The notes below the pieces were generated by a model. That model was given only the letters and a program-made list of their open reading frames with translations. It searched no databases and had not been told where the DNA came from. Positions 28,575 to 41,047 of a stretch of 64,000 nt of DNA are shown piece after piece (position 1 is the first letter of the stretch; the number at the start of each line of letters is the position of its first letter). The stretch comes from Flaccisagitta enflata (lineage: Eukaryota). The position numbers and the translations under genes were made by a program. Where the stretch lies: assembly GCA_965153355.1 (NCBI GenBank), contig OZ231126.1, forward strand, positions 37,944,001 to 38,008,000, written 5' to 3'.

Positions 28575-28611
<37 letters not shown>

Positions 28612-29296
28612 TACACATACACACATACACATACACATATACAAACACACACAAACACACACACACATGCACAAACACACACAAGCACTCTATCCCTCTC
28701 TCTCTCCCTCGGTGACAACAACACTTCCATCTCCGTTGGTTGGCAATCGAGGCTCTCATCACGGCGGGATTTTTATCTCATTTCCGATTGCGGCCATAAA
28801 TGATGCCATTTTCTATGATTCCCAAAACGCCTCGTGGCTCCACGGCTGATGTCGCCGCCCGCTGGTGATGTCGCAATCCCAATCCCCGCGCAAACACCAC
28901 CGCCATCCGCCCACCGACGCGACGCCGCCAACTCACCGCGTCTCAATCCTACTACCCACTCCTTCTTTCCTTCTTATCTGTCTCCTGTTTCTTATGCTAC
29001 GCAGTTTTTTGTCTCTGTCTCTGTTTCTGTCACTGTCTTTGTTCGTGTCTAGTTTTTTTTCCTTGGTCTCTGTTTTTCTTTTTTTTTTCTTGGTCTGTCT
29101 GCATTTGTGTGTGCCTCCCTCTGTCTATCTGGTTTTTTTGTCTATCTTTCAGTTTGTCTGACTGAACTACTAGTCACTGATTATCTACGCCTCAGTGTAT
29201 TTTTGGAACTGTCTTTCTGTCTGTCGTTATCTTTGTATCTGTGTCTGTGTCTGTCATTCCCTCTCCCTTTGTCTCTGATTGTCTTTTCCTCTCCCT

Positions 29297-29437
<141 letters not shown>

Positions 29438-30991
29438 TCTTCCGGGCGGGTTTCACATAAAAGGATCACTCACAGCCTTTTCACCACGCTAATCACGAGA
29501 TGCCACCTCATCTTTTCCATCGGCCAGGCACGTCTCAGTCGTCTCACATCTACACCACTTTTCCCATCATCGCAGAGAGAGAGAGAGAAAAAAGAATCAT
29601 TTATCGTTCAATGACACAATCCTTCATTCCCCCTAAGGCCCTATCGCATCTTTGAACCGCTACGCGTGGAATTGTCTCATACAACATTTTGTCATCGCGA
29701 TCGACTTGTTAAACGATGACAAATTAGCATTTTGGTCAGGATACCTTTTGCTCCAAAGAAACCCCAGCGACTCAACTATCATACGTATACAGAGGGAAAA
29801 AATTGATTACCAAAAATCATTAAGAACTGACATTTCCTATTTCAAGATTCTCTGAGTGACATACCGTCTTTCAGCGAAGAAATGCATTCCCATTTTCAAT
29901 GACATCAACAATGATTGGCAGAGATATGGTAGCTCGTCAACTTTAAATTCCATCTTAAATGCGAGACATCATTTTCTTTATTCTCCGCCCGTTTATCTGA
30001 CAAAGGCACATTTATACCGCATTTCCCCCATCCACCAAACTTGTACTATTTGTCATTTACTTTCTCCTACTCTCAGATTTGATGTTTCCTTCATCTAGAC
30101 GTAGAAATGGAAAATGTTGCGGGTTTTTTTTCCTTTTTTCTTCTTTATTTCTTCCTTTTTTTATTTGTTTGCTTTTTTTTTTTCTCTCTTTTTTTTTTCT
30201 TTTATGTCTTCGTGAGGCGTTGCCCTTGTCAAGAAGCGAGAGGAGAATCTTGTTTTCAAGGAGCCCCTTGACAATACCAATCGACTTGTAACCTTTAGAC
30301 AGCGTAGGGAAACTGAGCCTCTGTCCGTCTCTCTGAAATCTTTTTCATGGTTTGTCCGTCGATCCGGTGTAAACATTTCTTTCCCGGGTCTTTTCAAGTG
30401 ATTGTGTAGTAACTGTTATTTTCCCTGCCAGAGGTAAAGAAATAAGCTGCTGCATCCCTGCTTCAATCTGATTGCACGGGACTTCGACAGCCCAGTGTTG
30501 TGTGATGAATTACTGTAAGCGACTATTTATAGCCCGCTGTTTCATGCAAACTAACCAGATGGGTTACCAAATCACTTTGACACAATGTTTGAGTACGCTG
30601 TGGTTTTGATCTGGCTATGTTGCAGAGCGTTATGATTTCCATGAAATGTCACCTTTGTAATTTGATTCTACGCTATCTTCTCAAGATCAATGCGTAGACG
30701 TCCATATCCCTCTTCTCACCGTGGAATCAAATAAACTTAATGAAGGTTTTCCAAACCTCCCGGGTCTCCTTTACATCGATGCTGGCTCTCGCACTTGTCA
30801 GTTAATAGGGTCGTATCACCCCTCTGTGGCATTTTGAGAATGACTCATGAGGATTTAGGATCTGCCTCTTCGATTGGTTCTTCACCTAGCCGCCGGAACG
30901 CGTGTTTTGACACGTGTTGCTCTGCTAGAGTTTGCCATGAAGATGAATCTTCGTCGCGGTCAGAGCATCAGAAACTATCGCTCTCTTGTCT

Positions 30992-31092
30992 GTTTTTCAT
31001 TTTCATTTTCATTTTCATTTTCATTTTCATTTTCATTTTCATTTTCATTTTCATTTCTTTTCTTTTCTTTTCTTTTCTTTTCTTTTCTTTTC

Positions 31093-31123
<31 letters not shown>

Positions 31124-31445
31124 CTTTTCTTTTCTTTTCTTTTCTTTTCTTTTCTTTTCTTTTCTTTTCTTTTCTTTTCCTTTCCTTTCCTTTCCTTTCC
31201 TTTCCTTTCCTTTTTTTCTTTTTTCTTTTCTCTCCTTTACTTTACTTTTTTCTTTTTCTTTTCTTTCTTTTTTCTTTTCTTTTTCTTTTTCTTTCTTTTT
31301 CTTTCTTTTTCTTTTTCTTTTTTTTTTTTTCTTTTTTTCTTTTTCTTTCTTTTTCTTTTTCTTTTTCTTTTTCTTTCTTATTCTTTCTCTTTTTTATTTT
31401 CTTTTTCTTATAGAATTTTTCCTTTTTTTTTTTTTCTTTTTCTTC
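30992..31445. repeat. (TTTTCA)n-(TTTTC)n-(TTTCC)n pyrimidine tract
   Basis: Direct inspection. Confidence 0.93.
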
Positions 31446-32834
31446 TTTGTCTCCTTTTCCATCTTTATCGTCTATCGCCGGTTGTTGCAGCGATTCCGGT
31501 TGCCCCCGAGTCAACCAAGGCAAAAAGCGGGTGACGCCGTCATCGTCGTTGTCTTCGTCGTCGTCGTCTTCGTCTCCGTCGTCGTCGTCTTCGTCGTCGT
31601 CGTCGTAATCGTTGCCATCATCATCATCGTCGTCGTCGTCGTCATCGTTACCGTCTTTGGCGGCTTCGAGCCACAAAAGTAATGATATTAATTGCCACTC
31701 CGTGTTTAGAATGGGGTAATGAAAAAGACGAGGGGACCATAATTTGTCTGGCCGTTTTTCCGTATGAGACCTGTGACCGTGTTAACGCCAGAAAAGAGTA
31801 TGCTGTTCAAGCCACGTTCGATAATGCGTTAGGTGTTAAGTGTCAGTATCGATGTCAAGGGGCTTGATCAGAGGTGCCGACGTTACTAAGCTGCCGCGTA
31901 GCATGACAATTGCAGCAAAAACTTTCCCTTTATTCTGCCTCCCCATTGTTGTCCACCTTACCTTGCTCATCGTTAGTAACCAACCCATTTACCAAAAAAG
32001 GCCAGTAACATGACTTTGTTAATCGGGTGTAGGCGGGCAGTCCACTTCGACGAACACTAGACCGCCCCTTATCGACCAAGCATAAGTATTGGGTCAGCTG
32101 CCATCCTCAGAACGAGGAGTCATTAAGCATCAATCGGCGCTCACTGATCATTCAACAATTCATTGATCATTTCGCCGTCATCACTTCCAAAGAAGCAGTG
32201 AGTGAAGCCACTATCATATCTCAATTCAGGACAACTGGATTTTATGTATTATTTATCCCGTTGAACATAACCAATTGTTTTGGAAGTAAAACGATTCAAG
32301 AAAGGCATTATTCATACTTCTTTTTTTTCAAAGTCATCCCGCCTTTATTTCTTCAAAAGAACGAGGAAATTTTTGTTGCTCAAAACGATTCTTACCTCAT
32401 TTAAAAACCGTCTATCGACAAGATTGAAACCTAAAACTGCAATATGCAAATAAGGATTTTAGTCACCTGCAGATGAACAGCTTATAAATCGCTGCTGGCA
32501 AGTCGAAAATCTGGGATTTTGCTCTGCACTTAACAATTGAGAGCCCATAGATCTCGCTTTGTTCCTTTTTTTCTGTTTCAACTCCTTCTTCCAATTTTCT
32601 TTCTGAAACTTTCCTTTCAACTCTTATTCTCCTTTTCCATACTGTCTCACCCCCTTCGGCGGCCGAGCCTGTCGCACTCTGGCGCTTGCCTGCCGCGTAG
32701 CATTGCTACCATGCTATACAGAATCGGCACCTCTCGGCTTGATAATGTCTACTTCCTGGGCATGCGGCACCAAAGGAGTCGATGACCTATCTTTTCTCCT
32801 TCTCCTCTTTCGTCTTCTTCTCCCTCTCCTATCT

Positions 32835-33065
32835 CAAATCCTGGTTTCCAGGGGCCCAAATCCCATTCAAAAAGCCCGAACCCCCGCTAAGAAGCCCAAA
32901 CTCAGCGTTTTGAACCAAATGTTAGCCCTCTGACCATTCTCCAAGAATCTTATAAGCCTCAGCATAGGTCGTCGCTCTCTTCAGAGCCCCTGCCACTTAC
33001 ACCATCTAATCCCCACACACATTATCGTAGGGGCATCGGGTGCTGCTGACCATCCAACGCTTTTG
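32835..33065 (+). mobile_element. Degenerate family B fragment
   Basis: CAAATCC-type repeats and GGGGCATCGGGTGCTGCTGACCAT tail. Confidence 0.5.
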
Positions 33066-33209
33066 CGAATATTACGAATATTAACACTTTGCCCATAAAT
33101 GTCATGATAAAACAACCTGAGCAAGTATGACATGGTTACCTAGGTTTCGGATGTAAGACAGCGTATTTGTGATTCCTCGTCCTTCTTCTTGCCAGCTTCA
33201 TGTTACACA

Positions 33210-33362
33210 TTTTTAGTCGCGGACACGCGACTCTTAACCTTGCCGTGTCGGTCGGTAGGTTGGTAGGTCGGTACGTCCGTTACAAATTTTGTTGAATTCC
33301 GAGCGATTAATGCATTACGGCCCCCCCCCCGCGACTGTCTTGCCGCGTATCCGGCCTTGTTT
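33210..33362 (+). mobile_element. Family A copy
   Basis: TTTTTAGTCGCGGACACGCGACT...GCCGCGTATCCGGCCTTGTTT. Confidence 0.7.
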
Positions 33363-33871
33363 TTCATCGGATTTTAATATTCAACGGGTCCTTGCTATAA
33401 ACATGTCCATAATTGAAAAACACAATTCAGAGAATGATAAAAATGTTTTGTTTTGGCAATGAAAAACGCATCTGAAATTTTTTTTGGAAATGCCTGAGTA
33501 TTCTCTGGAAACGTTTACAAGTGGTAAAGGAAAGCCGTTGATTGGATATTTGCCATTGTTGCAATATGTTAGGTAACAGAGTTGATAACAGAAATCGCAT
33601 TTAGGTCTTTCCTGATGGTTTTGCTACACGACACCTTACTCAAAAGGGTTTCACTGCACAGCACGCACCACAGTTTTTCCTGATGGCTTTGCTACACGAC
33701 ACCTTACTCAAAAGGGTTTCACTGCGCAGCACGCACCACAGTTTTTCCTGATGGCTTTGCGACACAACACCTAACTCAAACAGGGTTTCACTGCGCAGCA
33801 CGCACCAGTTTTTCCTGAAGGCTTTGCTACTCGACACCTCACTCAAAAGGGTTTCACTGCGCAGTACGCAC

Positions 33872-34158
33872 TAGAGGTGGGGGAAATGCACTTTAGTCAA
33901 CAGATCAAGTTGCAGGTGATGGAAATGTCATAATATGATAAGAATAGATAGTATGCCAAGTTTCAGGGCCTTTGGAACAGTTTTAGCCTAGCCCTCCACC
34001 CCCCTCCTGCCCCATTATAAAAGATAGGAAACTTTTGAGGCCAAAATCCTTCCTATACATTTCTATGGGGAAATCAGGAGTGGAGGGCCAGGCTGACAAA
34101 GCCCTGAACATCTATCTATTCTTATCATATTATGTTTCTTTAAGTCTCCCACACCCTA
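33872..34158. mobile_element. Small foldback/MITE-like insertion in the 68-bp satellite
   Basis: Internal inverted repeat CATAATATGATAAGAATAGATAG (33929-33951 / 34112-34134), imperfect TAG...CTA ends; no clear TSD. Confidence 0.55.
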
Positions 34159-34257
34159 TCTGTATGGCAGTTTTCTGATGGTTGTGTGACACGACACGTA
34201 ACTCAAAAGGGTTTCACTGCGCAGCACGCACCACAATTTTTCCTGATGGCTTTGCTA

Positions 34258-35520
34258 CTAACTAGGAAATAATTATGGAATCAACTTCTACCATAGATAT
34301 CTTGGCTTCTTAAAAAGCTAAGTAACTATTTAAAAAAAGCAAATTAATCTATGTCAAAAAATCTTCAAGATGAGTCCAATCTGGTCTCTGTAGCTCAAAC
34401 CGTTTAGAAATGACAAACAAAAGAGTGAAAACTTTCATTTTCAAATGGTCGGGAAACAGCGTGTTGAAGGGGCTTCACAGCTGCACAGCAGCTGTTCTAT
34501 GTGGACAGGATCGATGTCGGACAGACAGACAAAAGAAGAAGAAGAAGAGAAGAAGAAGAAGAGAGAGAAGAGAAGAAGAGAGAGAGAGAGAGGAGATTCA
34601 AAAATTAAAACTTGTTTTGTTTGGTAGTATATAACAATGGGCTCCATAGGTCATGTGATTATTCATGCTATGCCATAGTGTGCGCTTTTCGCTTTGATGG
34701 ATTCCCTCTGTATCATTCTATCATTGTTATTTTTTTAAATTTGGATTCCCGCTGAAAATATTTCTGCTAAAATGTCCAACGGAAAACGATTTCAGCTTAA
34801 CCCCAAATGACGCTTTAAAAGTAAAATGCAGTCATTGCTCCAAGTGTGATGAGAATTCTATGAACTTAGTTGGACAAATGTTGTACTACGTAATTACACA
34901 ATACACACTGCTGTAACAAGTTATGTATGGCCATATTTAGTTATATTTATATAGTAGTAGATATTTATGTATAGTTTTGAATAGAAATATATAGTTTTAT
35001 ATAATAATAATAATTTTTAGTACTATAGGTCGGACAGAAGCTTTGTCGGACATAGATTGAAGGCGGCAGCTGCTAAAATCTTGGCTCAGATACGCCGCTG
35101 GTCGGAAAAAAATGAAAATGATTGAACAAAAAAATTAGGGTTATCTTAAATTTGAGATATCTCCGCCTCTAGAAAGACGAATAACTTTTTTCAAAAAAAT
35201 AAATTTATCTACATCGAAAAATCTTCCAGATGAGCGCAATTTGGTTTCGGTGGCTTTAACCGTTAAGTAATGACAAGCAAAACTATGAAAACTCTCCATT
35301 TAATGATTAACTGGCAATAACCACTCACAGATAGCAGAACAAGACCCTACTAAACTGTGTGAAAATCTTTATCAACCGCCTCCCAGCTAGAAAAACTGAA
35401 GGTATTAGGTAACAAAAATGTCACATGAAGTGCTTAGACGATCATTTTCATGGTTTGAACAGAATTTGGTTGATAAAACAAATCGCAACCTTTTTGATTC
35501 CATAATTATTTCCTAGATAG
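34258..35520. mobile_element. Tc1/mariner-type non-autonomous element inserted in the 68-bp satellite
   Basis: 27-bp TIR CTAACTAGGAAATAATTATGGAATCAA (1 mismatch), TA TSD; removing it restores the satellite unit ...TTTGCTA|CACGACAC. Confidence 0.88.
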
Positions 35521-36598
35521 TACACGACACCTAACTCAAAAGGGTTTCACTGCGCTGCACGCACCGCAGTTTTTCCTGATGGTTTTGTGACACAACACCT
35601 AACTCAAAAAGGGTTTCAGTGCGCAGCACGCACCACAGTTTGTCCTGATGGCTTTGCTACTCACTCAAAAGGGTCTCACTGCGCAGCACGCACCACAATT
35701 TTTCCTGATGGCTTTGCAACACAACACCTAACTCAAAAGGGTTTCACTGCGCAGCACGCACCACAGTTTTTCCTGATGGCTTTGTTACACAACACCTAAC
35801 TCGAAAGGGTTTCACTGCGCAGCACGCACCACAGTTTTTCGTGATGGCTTTGCTACACGACACCTTACTCAAAAAGGTTTCACTGCGCAGCACGCACCAC
35901 AGTTTTTCCTGATGGCTTTGTGACACGACACCTAACTCAAAAGGGTTTCACTGCGCAGCACGCACTACAGTTTTTCCTGATGGCTTTGCTACACGACACC
36001 TAACTCAAAAGGGTTTCACTGCGCAGCACGCACCACAATTTTTCCTGATGGCTTTGCTACACGACACCTAACTCAAAAGGGTTTCACTGCCCAGCATGCA
36101 CCACAGTTTTTTGTGATGGCTTTGCTACATGACACCTTACTCAAAAGGGTTTCACTGCGCAGCACGCACCACAGTTTTTCCTGATGGCTTTGTGACATGT
36201 CACCTAACTCAAAAGGGTTTCACTGCGCAGCACGTACCACAGTTTTTCCTGATGGCTTTGCTACACGACACCTAACTCAAAAGGGTTTCACTGTGCAGTA
36301 CGCACCACAGTTTTTCCTGATGGCTTTGCTACACGACACCTAACTCAAGAAGGTTTCACTGCGCAGCACGCACCAAAGTTTTTCCTGATGGCTTTGCTAC
36401 ACGACACCTAACTCAAAAGGGTTTCACTGCGCAGCACGCACTACAGTTTTTCCTGATGGCTTTGCCACACGACACCTAACTCAAAAGGGTTTCACTGCGT
36501 TTCCCGAAAATCGCGTTTTTTATGATCTCCCACTTTTCTCGGCATCTTGAAAAAAGAGTTTCTGGCTCCAGCAAATCGCTCAGAACAACTTCATCTGC

Positions 36599-36682
<84 letters not shown>

Positions 36683-37249
36683 CTTTCCCTTTAATGTTGA
36701 CATCAAAATTACTTTCATAACGTTAGCATTTTGACATTCAAATTATGACTTTCTACCAATGTTTGCTTCCGGCTTTTCTCGTTTGTCTATCTTCCGATTA
36801 TGTTATTCTCTCTTTTTCCTTTTTTTCTTTTTTAAACACTTTTCTTCATTTTTTTCTCCCCACGATCTTTCGAATCTTCTCCTGATCCTGCTTTCTTGTG
36901 CCTTTTTTTCTTCTTTTCTGTTTCTATTATCCTTTTTGGGAGCGAGCCGCGCCGAGAGAGTCTATTTCTGCCAGGATGATACATATCCTACTGCCGCCTT
37001 TGCCACCGCAACAACGACGCCGTCGCCACCGTTTGAGCCGCCACCGCCGCCACCGCCGCCACAGCCACCGCTGCCTCCGCCGCCTCCGCCGCCTACACTG
37101 CCGTTTGTGCCACCGTCGGCGCCGCCGTTATTATCATGATCATCATCCTCGTCGTCGACGTCTTCGTCGTCATTGCCATCGTTATCGTCTTCATTTGTCA
37201 CTGCGACATAATCGAGCGTGAGATGCGCGGCCACTTTCTTTCTTCTGGC

Positions 37250-37542
37250 GCCACTTCCTCTCTGGCGCCACTCTCCTGCTCCTTAGCGTCACAACCTTTT
37301 CAGTCAACACCACTTTCTTTTCTCCATAGCATCACTTTCTTTCTGGTGCCACTCTCCTGCTCCTTGGCGTCACAACCTTTTCAGTCAACACCACTTTCTT
37401 TTCTCCATAGCACCACTCTCTCTCTGGTGCCACTCTCCTGCTCCTTGACGTCACAACCTTTTCAGTCAACACCACTCTCTTTTCTCCTTAGCGTCACTTT
37501 CTTTCTGGTGAAACTCTCCTGCTCCTCCGCGTCACAACCTCG
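37250..37542. repeat. 81-bp minisatellite, ~3.5 copies
   Basis: CCACTCTCCTGCTCCTT..CGTCACAACCTTTTCAGTCAACACCACT recurs at 81-bp spacing. Confidence 0.85.
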
Positions 37543-38109
37543 CTAATCAATGCCAGTTTCTTTTCTTCTCAACTTCATTATTGTTCCTATAAACTAGCCT
37601 CATTGCCACTAGTATCTGTCTCATCATGGGCCACCTTCTGTCCTTTCAGCGTGACTGTGATTTTCCAAAAGGCTATCTTTTTTCTTCCATTTGCGATACT
37701 TTCTATCCCCTCCGCGCCAATCCCTTTACTCTCCACGCCACTTACTCTGCTTTCAGTGCCACTGTCTTTCTCTTCAATCCCACTCTTTCTCCTACCAAAA
37801 CGATATTGACTATCGCTATTCGCAACTATGATCTCACTTAGTTCGTCCATCCGTCCCTCCGTCCTTCCATGGGTCACAAATGTTGAATTTCGAGTTTTTA
37901 TCAATCTGGAGTATCGCCAAGTCCTGTATGAGTCCTGTGTGACAGTTCGAAATTTCTTTTGTTGATTTTTCATGAATCATGCTAATCAGAAATTTTGTTT
38001 GAAAGTTCCCAACCTTGTTCCAATGAACTTGTTGGCTCATTAACGAACAGGCAAACTTTTACGCTTGCATACTTGCAATCATCCCCTCTTTTACAATAGC
38101 GGTCTCATC

Positions 38110-38221
<112 letters not shown>

Positions 38222-38350
38222 TTTTCTCCTTTTTTCAAAGCGCGTTATGGGAGGAAGGTTCATACGATAGATTGAGTATGTGTACTAAGCCTCGCGGCGT
38301 CAAGAGAGCAAGAAGTATAACTAAAGTAGAAAAGTGCGAATGAATGATTC

Positions 38351-38410
<60 letters not shown>

Positions 38411-38436
38411 ACAAGAATCAGACATGGACAACAGAC

Positions 38437-38522
<86 letters not shown>

Positions 38523-40602
38523 CGACACTCAGCCAGAATCTGAAGAAGAGATGAAGAGAGAGATGCACAGGGACAGAGTCAGAGTCGGAGACATGCAAAT
38601 GCCAAACAACGTGACTGGAAATTGCACGTAACAACTTGCACAAGCCCTACAGAGGGCATAAGTCGCGGACGGTTGGATACTTGGACAGGGACAGAGCCAC
38701 ACAAAAGTACTCACTCAAAACAACGGTAATTCAATAATGATACGGACGGACGGACACGCCAAGGTGCAGAGTCGCGTGTCCGCCACTAAAAAGACGCACA
38801 GACGAGGGTAGGAAAGGAATTGGTTGAAAAATCAGAATCAAAGTCGGAGAAGAATGGAAAAGTAGCTTATTAGGTCTGAAACCAGAATTGATGAACAAAA
38901 TGTCGAAGTTCATTTCTGTTCTGGTAAGCCTTACTCCAAATCACGAGTGGTTTTTAATTCGCTTCTACGCGACTTCATGTCGTGCGCTGTATTCCTCAGT
39001 CAGTCAATCTCTCCTACATATTTGATTTGAGAACAAAGTCGTTAAGTCTTGCTAAAGCGGAGTCATTGTACTCTAGGGGCGAAGACGAAGTGATTGCGCT
39101 TTTTTTTTTAAAGGCAGCTTCCGTGCTTACGGGAAAGCTTTTTATTTCTTTTCCTTTTTTTTCCTTTTTATTTTTGCCTAGCCTTTGAAAGTAATGTCGC
39201 TTATTGTTCAAAGGCAGCTTTATTTTTGCCTGGCCTTGCGAATTTTGTCTTTACCTTTAATGTCGCTGATTGTCTCCACGTGTCGATTGCCATCGATGGC
39301 GGTCATTGGTGATGTTGTAGTCGCCGCTGATATCACATCACCATACTGGGATTTCACAAGCTTCATGGTCATCTGACAAGTTCCTGATAGGGCACCTTCC
39401 CCTCTCCCTTCCAGTGAATTGGGAGCTCCATAGGTGCAAATATTTTTGTCGAGCTTTTTATCATGATACAATTGAGGAGTGTGGCCCTCTCAGAAACTGG
39501 TCAGATGGTCTTGGAACTTGCCTGATAGATAAGGGCCTTGGAGTAACACCCCTCTCAAAATTAAACGAACTGGGAAAAAGATCGAAATCGAGAGTAGAAA
39601 TGCATTGAGAGGGCTGAAATTTGACACATAGATAGCTAAAACATAGTATTTTCACAAACCGAGGCCAAATAGGCCATTCGCGCTAGTGTGTGGCCCTAGT
39701 TGTGTGCTATGTCAAAAATGTGGTAAAATATTTTGACCGATTTTGACAAAAAATTGTCTAAAGAGGAGACTGCACAAACTTTCTTATATTTTCCCATATG
39801 AGTGGGGCAAAAACTGCCATTCCCGAGTTGTTAGATAACTACCAAGCAACGATGACACATTGGGATTAAGGGACAGCCCCGCAAAGTGGCTGAATCCATT
39901 GACATATAAGTTGGTTTCACTAATCAATTTAGAACTTTCATAAAAAATAAAGTAGTGTGATATCAATCGAAAGAAGAGATTCGGAGCCATTGCACTTTCG
40001 CGGATTCCTATATGATTCCTCAGCCATAACCTCGAAATAATCAAGGTTCAAATTCAATTTTTTTCCTTGTTATAGTGAAATACATAAGTTGAAAGGTCCG
40101 AATCCATATTTGGGAGGGTTTCTTACCGAATCTCGTGTCAGTATTTACCCTGGTTACTATGGTAACCAGGTGCCCCCAGAATTCCGTGAAAAATGAGCAA
40201 TGACATAAATCATCAATGCGGCGTCCAAATGAGTGGAGACAGACTATTTTATCGATAGGGCAGCAAGTTCCTGGCTTCATAGTGTCAAAACTAAAAAATC
40301 TTGCCTTTCGATTAAATTTTGTGTCTCTGGTGGATCTTAGGATAATATGATTAGAATTGAGAAAAAACGCCGAAATAACACGTTTATCTTCCAAGACCCA
40401 GCTAGGCCCAGTATGAGACCACATCTGTGAGGTAAACAATCAATTTCAGAGCAGTATTGATAAGGTTTTGTCTGCGCCCGCCTGCGCCGGAGGTCAAATA
40501 TAGAGGGATTTTCTATTTTTCGAATATGCAAATTAAGCCCAGATGAATTCTGATTTAGGATAAAGTCCTTTGGGTAGGCCAACTGGTGAGGCCAAGAAAC
40601 GC

Positions 40603-40748
<146 letters not shown>

Positions 40749-41047
40749 GTGTGTCAGAGCGTGTATCATTGCGTGTATGTATAGGTTTATGTATGTATGT
40801 GTGTGTATGCTTGCATCAAAGGTATGACTTTTCCCCATCTTGTGTGCACAAACTTGCGAATCTAATATCTAATATGGATCAGTCACAAAGCTGTTTTTTT
40901 GGTTTCTTGCTAATTTAGAACATTTCATACTATATCAATTTCATTTGATGCAATAGCCAGAAGGTTGATTTTTATGTTTTTAGTCACAGACACGCGACTC
41001 TACACCTTGCCGTATTGGACGGTAGGTCTAGCTGTCGGCCTGTCACA

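Larger units (their letters stand above)
33608..36500. repeat. 68-bp tandem satellite interrupted by two insertions
   Basis: Unit CACGACACCTAACTCAAAAGGGTTTCACTGCGCAGCACGCACCACAGTTTTTCCTGATGGCTTTGCTA; blocks at 33608-33871, 34168-34257 and 35521-36500; about 20 copies. Confidence 0.93.

Noticed and set aside
31242..31676. Asp-rich then Lys-rich minus-strand ORF
   Set aside because: Made of (GAC/GAT)n and A-rich simple repeats, with no splice or homology support.
33608..36500. 68-bp array as a CRISPR array
   Set aside because: Head-to-tail units with no unique spacers, no cas genes, eukaryotic context.
37250..37590. Minus-strand repeat reading VD*KGC, resembling a Sec UxxC motif
   Set aside because: One copy has TAG instead of TGA, several stops precede the repeat, and no SECIS is evident; treated as a non-coding minisatellite.
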